In this document: positions 9,090 to 17,677 of the stretch, piece by piece
Layout: every line of letters begins with the position of its first letter
Position numbering within the stretch: the stretch's first letter is position 1
NCBI GenBank assembly: GCA_030648055.1
Contig: JAUSHI010000007.1
Coordinates: 49,621 to 113,620, forward strand
DNA: 64,000 bases
Origin: a bacterium
GTDB lineage: Bacteria > Patescibacteriota > Minisyncoccia > Sungbacterales > SURF-37
Direction: 5' to 3'
Position numbers and translations under genes: made by a program
The notes under the pieces: model-generated
Told to the model about the DNA's origin: nothing
What the model saw: the letters and a program-made list of their open reading frames with translations, nothing else
Databases searched by the model: none

Positions 9090-9132
9090 AGAAAGCTCTT
9101 CCGCTTGCGGACACGAATCCAATCATATATTT

Positions 9133-11334
9133 ATGGAAGGAAAAAAATTCAATATGGAAATCGGCGGAAAACTTATTTTCGCTGAACTCACTCCGCTCGC
9201 TTGGCAGGCAAACGGCCATGTTATCGTGCGCCTGGGCGATACGACAGTTTTAGTTACCGCGGTAATGTCCAAAGACCCGAGAGAAAGCGGGGATTTTTTC
9301 CCGTTAACTGTAGAATACGAAGAAAAGTTCTATGCCGCAGGAAAAATTTTCGGAAGCCGCTTTATTAAGCGCGAGTCCCGGCCATCGGAAGAAGCAATTC
9401 TTTCCGCGCGACTGATTGACCGCACCATCCGCCCGCGATTTGACCTCCGCATGAGAAACGAAGTGCAAATTGTCGCAAGCATTCTTTCTTTTGATGAGCA
9501 GAACGATTCCGATATCCCAGCACTCCTCGGCGCTTCTCTGGCGCTCTCGCTTTCAAACATTCCTTGGGACGGTCCAGTGGCTGCAGTGAGAATCGGAAAA
9601 ATAAACGGAGAACTCATAATTAACCCGACGCTTGAAGAACGGCAAACCTCCACGCTTGATTTAGTTGTCTCCGGCACTGAATCAAAAATCAACATGGTTG
9701 AGGCCGGCTCCAACGAAGAACCCGAGGCCGAGATACTGCGGGCCATGGCCTTCGCTCATGAACAAATCAAAAAACTCATCGCGTTTGAGCAAGAAATAAT
9801 TAACTTCGTGCGACCAGAAAAAACTTCCGTTAAGCTTTCCGAAAAAACCGGCCCAATGCATGAGGCGCTGTTAAGTAATTTCTCAAAAGAGCTTGAAAAG
9901 GCGCTTTGGGAAAAAAATAAAATAGAAAGAAACTCCAAACTTTCTTCAATAAAATCAGAATGGATGGAGCATGCCAAAACAAATTTCGCCGATACTTTTA
10001 CTCCGCAGTCGGCAAATTATATGTGGGAAGAAGAAATAGACAGCATAGTACACCGAAGAATTATTGATAAGGGCGAGAGGCCCGACGGAAGAAAACTTGA
10101 TGAATTGCGCGCCCTTTCGGCTGATGTCGGGATATTGCCGCGGGTGCATGGTTGCGGGCTTTTTGTGCGGGGAGAAACGCAGGCCCTTTCTGTGTTAACT
10201 CTTGGCGGTCCGGGGGACAAATTAATCATTGAGGGCATGGAGGTCAGAAAGAAAAAACGCTTCATACACCAGTATAATTTCCCGCCCTTTTCTGTGGGCG
10301 AAGTTAAGCCGATGCGCGGCCCGGGACGCCGCGAAATCGGGCACGGGGCCCTGGCCGAACGGGCTTTAACGCCTCTTATCCCTTCAGAAGAAGATTTTCC
10401 TTACACCATACGGATTGTTTCGGAAATTCTTTCTTCTAACGGTTCATCTTCCATGGCTTCGGTCTGCGGCTCTACTCTCGCGCTTTTTGACGCAGGAGTA
10501 CCAATGAAAAAACCTGCGGCCGGAGCGGCTATGGGCCTTATGATGAAAAACGAAAAAGAATACGCGGTCCTCACCGACATTCAGGGACCAGAAGACCACT
10601 ATGGAGATATGGATTTCAAGGCCGCGGGAACCAGAGACGGCATTACAGCACTCCAGATGGACGTCAAAATTGACGGCGTAACCTTGGAGATGCTTGAAAA
10701 AACTCTTACTCAAGCAAAAGCCGCCAGAATGCAAATTCTGGATGTGTTGGAAAAAACCCTGCCCGCCCCAAGACCGGAACTTTCCCCCTACGCCCCGCGC
10801 ATTATTACTCTTAAAATAAATCCTGAAAAAATCGGCGCGCTCATTGGCCCTGGTGGCAAGGTCATCAACGAGATTATCGCCCAAACCGGCGCGCAAATAG
10901 ACATAGAAGACGACGGCACCGTATTTATTACATCGGATACTAAAGAAGGAATGGACAAAGCGGTAAATATGGTAAAAAATGTCACCAAAGAAATTAAGGC
11001 CGGCGAACTGCTTGAAGGCAGGGTGTCGCGCATGTTTGATTTTGGAGTGATGGTAGAAATCGGACCGCGGCTTGAAGGCATGGTGCATATATCTGAACTG
11101 GCCCCATGGAGAGTTGAACGAGTAACCGATATAGTTAATGCGGGTGACATAATTCCTGTTATAGTAAAAGAAATTGATGATCAGGGCAGAATCAACTTAT
11201 CGCTAAAGCGCGTACCGGGACGCTATTCTGAAGAAGAGATGGCTAAACACGCCTCGGAGGGGGGTGGCTTCGGAAGACCGAGCCACGAAGGAGGCCCGCG
11301 AGGACACAGTAGCGGACCGAGGCGCCATCATTAA
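9133..11334 (+). CDS. pnp: Polyribonucleotide nucleotidyltransferase (PNPase)
   Basis: Start chosen at ATG 9133 (MEGKKFNMEIGGK). Two RNase PH-like halves (FPPFSVGE, GRREIGHG), then KH (GPGGKVINEI) and S1 (GRVSRMFDFGVMVEI) domains, plus a Gly/Arg-rich tail. Confidence 0.9.
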   Translation: MEGKKFNMEIGGKLIFAELTPLAWQANGHVIVRLGDTTVLVTAVMSKDPRESGDFFPLTVEYEEKFYAAGKIFGSRFIKRESRPSEEAILSARLIDRTIRPRFDLRMRNEVQIVASILSFDEQNDSDIPALLGASLALSLSNIPWDGPVAAVRIGKINGELIINPTLEERQTSTLDLVVSGTESKINMVEAGSNEEPEAEILRAMAFAHEQIKKLIAFEQEIINFVRPEKTSVKLSEKTGPMHEALLSNFSKELEKALWEKNKIERNSKLSSIKSEWMEHAKTNFADTFTPQSANYMWEEEIDSIVHRRIIDKGERPDGRKLDELRALSADVGILPRVHGCGLFVRGETQALSVLTLGGPGDKLIIEGMEVRKKKRFIHQYNFPPFSVGEVKPMRGPGRREIGHGALAERALTPLIPSEEDFPYTIRIVSEILSSNGSSSMASVCGSTLALFDAGVPMKKPAAGAAMGLMMKNEKEYAVLTDIQGPEDHYGDMDFKAAGTRDGITALQMDVKIDGVTLEMLEKTLTQAKAARMQILDVLEKTLPAPRPELSPYAPRIITLKINPEKIGALIGPGGKVINEIIAQTGAQIDIEDDGTVFITSDTKEGMDKAVNMVKNVTKEIKAGELLEGRVSRMFDFGVMVEIGPRLEGMVHISELAPWRVERVTDIVNAGDIIPVIVKEIDDQGRINLSLKRVPGRYSEEEMAKHASEGGGFGRPSHEGGPRGHSSGPRRHH

Positions 11335-11370
11335 TAAGATTTTTAAATTGAGATATCCTATGTAATATGG

Positions 11371-11515
11371 CCCCCCGCCAATTTTGCAGGGCGTACCCCG
11401 GCAAAGCGCTTCGCCCATATGGGATGTGCTATTCGCACACGCGCTTCGCACAAGTTATACATGCGCATCTTTCCTCCAATTTTTACAATTTCTGACGGCA
11501 AAATTGGAAGGGGAT
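11371..11515 (+). repeat. Hairpin element family B, copy B2
   Basis: Terminal inverted repeats CCCCCCGCCAATTTTGC and GGCAAAATTGGAAGGGGA. Core GGCAAAGCGCTTCG..GGGATGTGCTATTCGCACACGCGCTTCGC. The inner hairpin GTGC-TATTC-GCAC is a paired 1-bp shortening of B1's GTGCC-TATTC-GGCAC. Confidence 0.8.
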
Positions 11516-11568
11516 GCTCATGATTGTAACTAAATTTTATTCGCTAAAGCTCTAAAATTTAGACAATC

Positions 11569-12486
11569 ATGGCAGATCAAGGACGACAAAATCAACAACC
11601 CTCCGGACAAAGGCCCGAGCCAAGCTCCGCTCGGCCAGAACCAAAAATTCGGACCATGAAATCGGATATTGATAAGTTCATGAAGGATACGAAACCCTCG
11701 CTTATTCAAATGATGACTAAGCAAGCGGAATACCGGTCCCCGGAAATAGAGAAAGAGGAGAAAAAGTTCCCGACAAAAATCATTTTAATAGTCGCGGGTT
11801 CCATGGTTGTCTTGGCGGTTTTGGGTTGGCTTGGCTATATCCTGCTCACACCGCAAACCCCGCCACAACAGGCAAAAACTTCCGCGGGTAAAACCACGAC
11901 GGGCGAAGAAATTCCCGCCTCTCCAATTTTGACTGAAAAAACACAAACCGCGACTTCATTGCGAAACCCGATTCAATTGCAAAAAATAATTTTTGACGCG
12001 GCTCAAAACGCAGAACGCCCCCAGTCCCTCAAGCGCCTGGTAATCAAAATTAAAGAAGCCGACGGCGGCACCGGTTTTCTTACGGCAAAAGATTTTTTTG
12101 ATATTCTTAACATCCCCGCACCCCAGCAAGTTCAAGACACCCTTAGAGACCAGCTATTCTTATACATTTACTATACTTCAACCGGCCTCCCGCGCGCGAT
12201 ATTTATCGCACCCTCACGCAACCCCGAACGTATGCGCGGAGGAATGTTCGCTTGGGAAAGTTCTATGGAGCGCGACTTGGACACTCTTTTTCTCGGTGCC
12301 ACACCAAATCAAATTGTCGCCCCCTTTTTTGACAAGACATTCAGAAACATAGATTACCGCACCCTTGCCTTAGAACCCGGAACCGAGGTGGGATACTTTA
12401 TGTTTTCCGCGAAAAACTTCCTGGTTATAACGACTTCCGATGAGGCGCTTCAGGTCGCCATCAATCGGCTATTTGAATCAAGGTAA
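11569..12486 (+). CDS. Hypothetical membrane-anchored protein
   Basis: 305-aa ORF. Disordered basic N-terminus, a single TM (IILIVAGSMVVLAVLGWLGYILL), then an extracytoplasmic domain. Confidence 0.55.
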   Translation: MADQGRQNQQPSGQRPEPSSARPEPKIRTMKSDIDKFMKDTKPSLIQMMTKQAEYRSPEIEKEEKKFPTKIILIVAGSMVVLAVLGWLGYILLTPQTPPQQAKTSAGKTTTGEEIPASPILTEKTQTATSLRNPIQLQKIIFDAAQNAERPQSLKRLVIKIKEADGGTGFLTAKDFFDILNIPAPQQVQDTLRDQLFLYIYYTSTGLPRAIFIAPSRNPERMRGGMFAWESSMERDLDTLFLGATPNQIVAPFFDKTFRNIDYRTLALEPGTEVGYFMFSAKNFLVITTSDEALQVAINRLFESR

Positions 12487-12527
12487 ATATAGCGCACCGC
12501 GCCTTATTAGTGTTAAAATAAACTGGT

Positions 12528-12908
12528 ATGACACTAGACCAAAAAACAATTGAAGAATTAAAGCAAAAATTGCTGTCGGAAAAAAAGATACTGGAAGGAA
12601 CCCTTTCCTCTATTGCCTCGCCCGACCCGAAAATGAAAGGGGATTGGGATACTAAATTTCCGAGCATGGGCGATAAATCAAGTTTTTCATCGGGAGCGCT
12701 GGAAGAAAGAGCAGACGAAATTGAAGAATATTCCACCGAGCTTGCCGAAGAATTTAGCATGGAATCGCGCCTTAAAGAAGTAAATTCGGCGATGGAAAGA
12801 ATGGAGAAAGGAACATACGGAACGTGCGCAAGGTGTGGAGAAGAAATACCGCTTGAGCGTCTCCAGGCCAATCCTGCCGCGGCAACGGACATTAAACACG
12901 CCGAATAA
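12528..12908 (+). CDS. DksA/TraR-family zinc-finger-like protein
   Basis: C-terminal GTCARCGEEIPLERLQANPAAAT matches the DksA/TraR pattern. The second CxxC is replaced by DIKH. Confidence 0.6.
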   Translation: MTLDQKTIEELKQKLLSEKKILEGTLSSIASPDPKMKGDWDTKFPSMGDKSSFSSGALEERADEIEEYSTELAEEFSMESRLKEVNSAMERMEKGTYGTCARCGEEIPLERLQANPAAATDIKHAE

Positions 12909-12913
12909 TACTC

Positions 12914-13067
12914 GCAATTCCTTTTTCGCACGACGCTTCGGTTTTGGATATGCGAAGCCGAAAAGCTTCGGGGAGCCCTCCCTTACGCTGCGGCTCGGGT
13001 TTCCCTTCTTGCTTTTCTCACCGCATATTTTCCAAAACCTCCGCTATTGTGCGAGAAAAGGAATTGC
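12914..13067 (+). repeat. Long branched hairpin element C just after the dksA-like stop
   Basis: GCAATTCCTTTTTCGCAC (12914-12931) pairs with GTGCGAGAAAAGGAATTGC (13049-13067). Inner pairing GGTTTTGGATATGCG / CGCATATTTTCCAAAACC. Tip hairpin GAAGC-CGAAAA-GCTTC. Confidence 0.7.
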
Positions 13068-13690
13068 TCGCTTTGGGGAGAGTATTAAAGGAAGCGCTTA
13101 AGCGCCACTTTTTATTTTGTAGCCGCGCCTTCGCAATGAAAAATTTTTGCTACTGCTCCGCTAATATATAATATGAAATAAAAAAGCCCTGATTCATTCG
13201 GGGTTTTGTGTTGCGCGCCCTGCGCATTTTTCCGCTTTAGCACTATAAGAAAACAGTGGTTCAAGAAAACGAACAATAAGCCGCTCACCAATCTCACGAG
13301 TATTATTGTTGTGTGAATATTCGAGAGAACACAAGCATGCGACAAGCACAAACCACTTTTACATGGATTAATTTTCCCAAAACATACCGCAAATAAGCGC
13401 GCCCACATCCGGCGCGAAGCGACCCGTAATCGCAATCGCTCCTCTCACCCGTCTCTTAAAGACACCGGTCTATCTCTCTGAAAAAACCAGACAATCGTCC
13501 GGATATGGCCTGGTTGGTATAAATAGGGCTAATGATACTGTCAATTTTGACAACCGCATTGCGCCTTGCTACGAATGGTTTATCACAATTCATAGAACAT
13601 GAAGCTCATAGCATAAAAAACACTGCGTAAAACATCTAACACAGAACAGGCGCGTGCTCCATGTTTTATGTTATATGTGTTATAACACTT

Positions 13691-15211
13691 ATGGTCAAAC
13701 TCTCCTCCGCGCAACTTACCGGACTCGACGCAACAATCATAACAGTAGAAGTGGACCTATCGCCCGGCCTTCACATTTTTTCAATTGTCGGCCTCGCCGA
13801 TAAAGAAATTCAGGAGTCCCGCGAACGGATAGGCGCGGCGGTAAAAAATATCGGCGGCAGAGCTCCGCACAAAAAAGCCCAGCGTATAATAGTCAACCTC
13901 GCCCCGGCCGACATAAAAAAAGAAGGGCCGGCTTTTGATTTGCCCATTGCTCTTGGTTTTTTGCTTGCCTCGGAACAGACAAGATTCAATCCGGAAGGAA
14001 AACTGTTTTTAGGCGAGCTCGGACTAGACGGTTCGGTAAAACCGATACGCGGGGCGCTCGCTTCAACAATTGAGGCAAAAAAACATTCTTTCAAAACTAT
14101 TTATGTTCCAAAAGGCAACGGAAACGAGGCCGCCCTTGTCGGAGGCATTGAGGTCAAAGAAGTGGGAAGCATACTGGAACTTCTTGATGATCTGGAAAAT
14201 AAAAAAGAAATTGCCGCGCACATCCGTGAAGAAAAAGCAGGAGAAGATATTATTTTTTCTAATTTTTCATTAATCAAGGGACAGGAACACGCCAAACGCG
14301 CTCTGGAAATCGCCGCCGCTGGGGGGCATAATCTTCTAATGCAGGGGCCTCCGGGCACGGGCAAAACCATTCTTGCCCGTTCACTTCCTGAAATCCTTCC
14401 AAAACTCTCATACGAAGAAACAATTGAAGTTACAAAAATTTACAGCGCTACCGGATTTTTAAAAGCAAGCGATGAGGCTGTCATTAAACGGCCCTTCCGT
14501 TCGCCTCACCACACCGCCTCCCCCGTTTCAATCGCCGGAGGAGGAAACCCGATGCGCCCGGGAGAAATAACGCTTGCCCATCGCGGAGTTCTTTTTCTTG
14601 ATGAACTGCCGGAATTCCAATCAAACGTGCTTGAGGCTCTTCGCGAACCTCTAGAAGAGCGCGTCATCACCGTATCGCGCGCGCAAGGAACCGTCGCGTT
14701 TCCGGCACATATAATTTTAGTCGGGGCAATGAACCCGTGCCCGTGCGGACACTTGAATAATCCTCCCCATGAATGCGTCTGCACGCCAGGCCAAATTACA
14801 AAATACCAAAGAAAAATATCAGGCCCGTTGCTCGACCGCATTGACTTATTTATTGAAGTGCCGCCGGTAGAAATCAAAAAAATTGATGAAGAACACCAGG
14901 AAACGAACGAGGCGGAAGCGGCCCGGCAAAGAGTGAAAAAGGCGCGGGGAATCCAGCGCGAACGATTTTTAAACGAAAAACTTCTTACCAACTCCGAAAT
15001 GGGCCTTCGCGAAATTAAAAAATACTGCCCGCTTAATGAAGAAACTAAAAAAATCCTGCGCCAGGCCTACGAACAATACGCCATGTCGGTGCGCTCATAT
15101 TACCGAACCATCAAAACCGCGCGCACCATCGCCGATCTCGCCGAATCTCAAAACATAGAAACACCCCATCTCCTTGAAGCCCTTCAGTATCGAGCCAGAG
15201 TAGAAATTTAA
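13691..15211 (+). CDS. comM: Mg-chelatase-like AAA+ ATPase, YifB/ComM family
   Basis: Start chosen at ATG 13691 (MVKLSSAQLTGLDA). Walker A GPPGTGKT, Walker B VLFLDELPEF, ChlI-like core. Confidence 0.85.
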   Translation: MVKLSSAQLTGLDATIITVEVDLSPGLHIFSIVGLADKEIQESRERIGAAVKNIGGRAPHKKAQRIIVNLAPADIKKEGPAFDLPIALGFLLASEQTRFNPEGKLFLGELGLDGSVKPIRGALASTIEAKKHSFKTIYVPKGNGNEAALVGGIEVKEVGSILELLDDLENKKEIAAHIREEKAGEDIIFSNFSLIKGQEHAKRALEIAAAGGHNLLMQGPPGTGKTILARSLPEILPKLSYEETIEVTKIYSATGFLKASDEAVIKRPFRSPHHTASPVSIAGGGNPMRPGEITLAHRGVLFLDELPEFQSNVLEALREPLEERVITVSRAQGTVAFPAHIILVGAMNPCPCGHLNNPPHECVCTPGQITKYQRKISGPLLDRIDLFIEVPPVEIKKIDEEHQETNEAEAARQRVKKARGIQRERFLNEKLLTNSEMGLREIKKYCPLNEETKKILRQAYEQYAMSVRSYYRTIKTARTIADLAESQNIETPHLLEALQYRARVEI

Positions 15212-15295
15212 CAATTACGGTTCTTCACAAATTCCCGTTAAATATGCTATCGCTTGTTAAAACGGCATTTACTAATATCCTAATCCTAATAACTA

Positions 15296-15388
15296 ATGGC
15301 ATTTAGAGCCTACCTCGCCGAATCCCAAAACATAGAAACGCCTCATCTTTTGGAGGCGCTGCAATATCGGGCAAAGGTTGAGATATAA
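15296..15388 (+). pseudogene. Displaced, diverged duplicate of the comM 3' end
   Basis: Encodes MAFRAYLAESQNIETPHLLEALQYRAKVEI*, versus the true C-terminus ..IADLAESQNIETPHLLEALQYRARVEI*. A 26-nt near-identical core occurs at 15137-15162 and 15314-15339. Confidence 0.7.
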
Positions 15389-15907
15389 AAGAACGAACCC
15401 CGACCGTGCTAGCACGAATCCGGGGTTAAGGTGTGGGGATTGTTTACCCCACTGCATGTTTTTACCTTGTCCCGAGGGACACGGTCAGGTAGCCTCCACA
15501 TGGGTTTTGGTAAACGGTTTCCCGTCTGCCTTATTCGGCTTTGCCGAACCATGCTTCAAACCTGCCTCGTAAGCCATGACCTCACGAGGATTTTGTTTTT
15601 GCGGCACATCATGTTGCGCCGAAGATGTTTTTATTATGTGCGGGTGAAAAAAACGCGCTCCTCTTGCTGAGCCGTAACCGACTATCAGTTTTCCTAATCC
15701 TTCCGCCAATAGATTGCTCTAAGGGCGATCTTTTTCTCCTCTCTACTCCCGATTCTCACCGGGTTGTAGTATGAGGAGCCCGCTCCATGGGAGTGGAGCA
15801 TGGCCGGTTGCAACGATTGCAACCGAGGTTCTTAGTTTTCAAGATAACCGTCTCCCGTGGCGCCCATCTCCGAATGCCCGCACTCATCCGGTAGGTCTCC
15901 AAGGTAC
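15385..15907 (-). ncRNA. Candidate large structured RNA of unknown class
   Basis: Consensus promoter sits immediately upstream on the minus strand. No convincing ORF. Many local hairpins (GGTTGCAA-CG-ATTGCAACC, GCTCCA..TGGAGC, GTGGGG..CCCCAC). 3' terminator-like AACCCCG..CGGGGTT followed by CGTTCTTTT. Confidence 0.4.
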
Positions 15908-15913
15908 ATAGGC

Positions 15914-15941
15914 ATTATAACATATACAAAAATTCTGTCAA
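15914..15941 (-). promoter_or_regulatory. Near-consensus sigma70 promoter with extended -10
   Basis: Minus strand reads TTGACA (15941-15936), a 16-nt spacer ending in TGT, then TATAAT (15919-15914). Confidence 0.65.
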
Positions 15942-16136
15942 GCAAAAATCCAAAAATACCAGTGTTTGCTAGTTTTTTTATTCTCTTTTCTAGACCCTAT
16001 CTTCTAAATTCTAATCTAAAAACGGATTCTTCGCCCTAAACCGCTTAACGGTCGGGCGAAATCCCTAAACAGGGCGCGCCTGTCAACTATAGCCTTAGAA
16101 AAGATTTTTTAGCTCCTCTACCTTAAAATATATAAA

Positions 16137-17291
16137 TTATCTGCTTGCCCAGGAATTATCAGCTCCTGGATTTCTTGCGCCCAGCACACCAAAATGAACA
16201 TGACAGCCGGACGAATTGCCGGTAGAACCAACCGTTCCAATAATAAACCCTTGAGACACATATTGGCTGACGGAAACAAAAACCTGCGATAAGTGCGCGT
16301 AAACCGTCTGTGTGTTTGAATGAGCGATCACGACGTATTTTCCATAACCACCGTTCCTGCCGGACCCTTTCGCAATAATAACCGTACCTTCAACCGCGGC
16401 ATAAATTGGCTCCGCGCACGAAGTTGCTAAATCAACTGCATTATCCTTTCCATGAAGCCCCTGCGTCCTCACCCCGCCCTGAATAGGCCTGATGTAGTAC
16501 CCAAAATATGTTGGAAGTTTGGAATTCTGTGTTGGCGCGCTCGGTTGGGTTGACGGCGTCCACGGCAATTCTCCGTCAGAAATAAAAAGAAGGGTTCCGG
16601 GAACTAACCGCTCATCAATAGAAAGGCTATTTAAACTTAAAATATCTTCAATATTTCCTTTGTATTTTTGGGCTATGGAATTAATCGTATCTCCTTTTTC
16701 TACCTTGACCTCTACGCCATCTATGGAACGAACAACAAGCTTGTCTCCAACCTGAATTTTACGCACATCGGAAATATCATTGGCCCAGAGCAGGGTGTTT
16801 ACCGTAATGCCATGCGCTTTAGCAATAGACGAGGGGGTGTCGCCGAGTTCTACTGTGTGGATAAAAATCTGCCCATCGTTTATGAATGAATCATCCCGCA
16901 TAATGTTATTGGGATTCTGTGGGGCGACAATAGCACTACTCTGCACAACTATTGAGTTTGTGTTTTCGGCACTTTTTAAATTTACATCGGGATTAGGGGT
17001 TGAATCCAAAACAGGCATGGCGACTGTCGCCGCCCGGGTTTCTTTTATAAAAAGAGGAGAACGCTCTTCTGTTATCTGCTTAGAATTGCAAAAGATCCCC
17101 AAAACGTCACAAAAAAATCCGGCATGTGCATGGACCGGAAAAGCAAAAAGTATTAAAAAGCCAAGAAAAACCGAGGTAATTGCGGTTTTAGCCTCTAAAC
17201 CAGTCGCTCTGCGATTGGTCAAGCGATCAGCCGATAAAATCGGCTGATTTAGCTTTAAAAAAGCCGAATGCTTCTTTTGAAGAAGAAGCAT
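16137..17291 (-). CDS. LysM-domain M23 family peptidoglycan endopeptidase
   Basis: Two LysM-like repeats (HTVELGDTPSSIAKAHGITVNTLLWAN and VKVEKGDTINSIAQKYKGNIEDIL). M23 motifs HGKDNAVD and GCHVHFGV. Confidence 0.8.
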   Translation of the reverse strand: MLLLQKKHSAFLKLNQPILSADRLTNRRATGLEAKTAITSVFLGFLILFAFPVHAHAGFFCDVLGIFCNSKQITEERSPLFIKETRAATVAMPVLDSTPNPDVNLKSAENTNSIVVQSSAIVAPQNPNNIMRDDSFINDGQIFIHTVELGDTPSSIAKAHGITVNTLLWANDISDVRKIQVGDKLVVRSIDGVEVKVEKGDTINSIAQKYKGNIEDILSLNSLSIDERLVPGTLLFISDGELPWTPSTQPSAPTQNSKLPTYFGYYIRPIQGGVRTQGLHGKDNAVDLATSCAEPIYAAVEGTVIIAKGSGRNGGYGKYVVIAHSNTQTVYAHLSQVFVSVSQYVSQGFIIGTVGSTGNSSGCHVHFGVLGARNPGADNSWASR

Positions 17292-17677
17292 TTGTGCAGT
17301 TTTTACTTGTTCTTTTGATGTTCCAGGCCCGCGCCAGAAAATGAACCGCCGCGTAACTGGATTTGATATCTTACTAATAGGCGTTTAATAACGCGGCTTT
17401 TACACTAAAATCATTAAAACACCAGATTTTAAGCCACATTTTAAGATTAACTCTCTTTACTTATAGCCCATCCGTCTATGGATAGAGTAAGCCAGAAATG
17501 TGGTTTAGGCAAGCTCAAATATCCACAAGAAGGAGTACCGCCCGAAACAGGACTTGCCGCAAAATCCTCTTTGTCTTTGCGTTTTTTCCTGCTACGATAG
17601 CGACATATTAATAATCGGCGGCAAAAATATCAACATAAAATTTTAAAATCGGCGCACCGATCATCCTGCCTAATCTC

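Noticed and set aside
15428-15440. A 13-nt identity (AAGGTGTGGGGAT) between the candidate ncRNA locus and the right arm of hairpin G (29221-29235).
   Set aside because: Dozens of 13-mer coincidences are expected among all position pairs in 64 kb, and no extended similarity surrounds it.
15385-15907. Tried to read the structured locus as RNase P RNA, tmRNA, SRP RNA, a cobalamin riboswitch or a group II intron domain V.
   Set aside because: The universally conserved strings for each are absent: GAGGAAAGUCC and ACAGAA..GGCUUA; a tRNA-like GGTTCGAATCC..CCA end and an ..LAA tag ORF; the GGAA/AGCA helix 8 motif; the B12 box; and the AGCCGUAU..GAAA..AUACGGUU hairpin. An AUAGUCG word followed by a 14-codon frame ending UAAUAA looks tmRNA-like, but the tag would end ..TRT and no acceptor or T arm exists.
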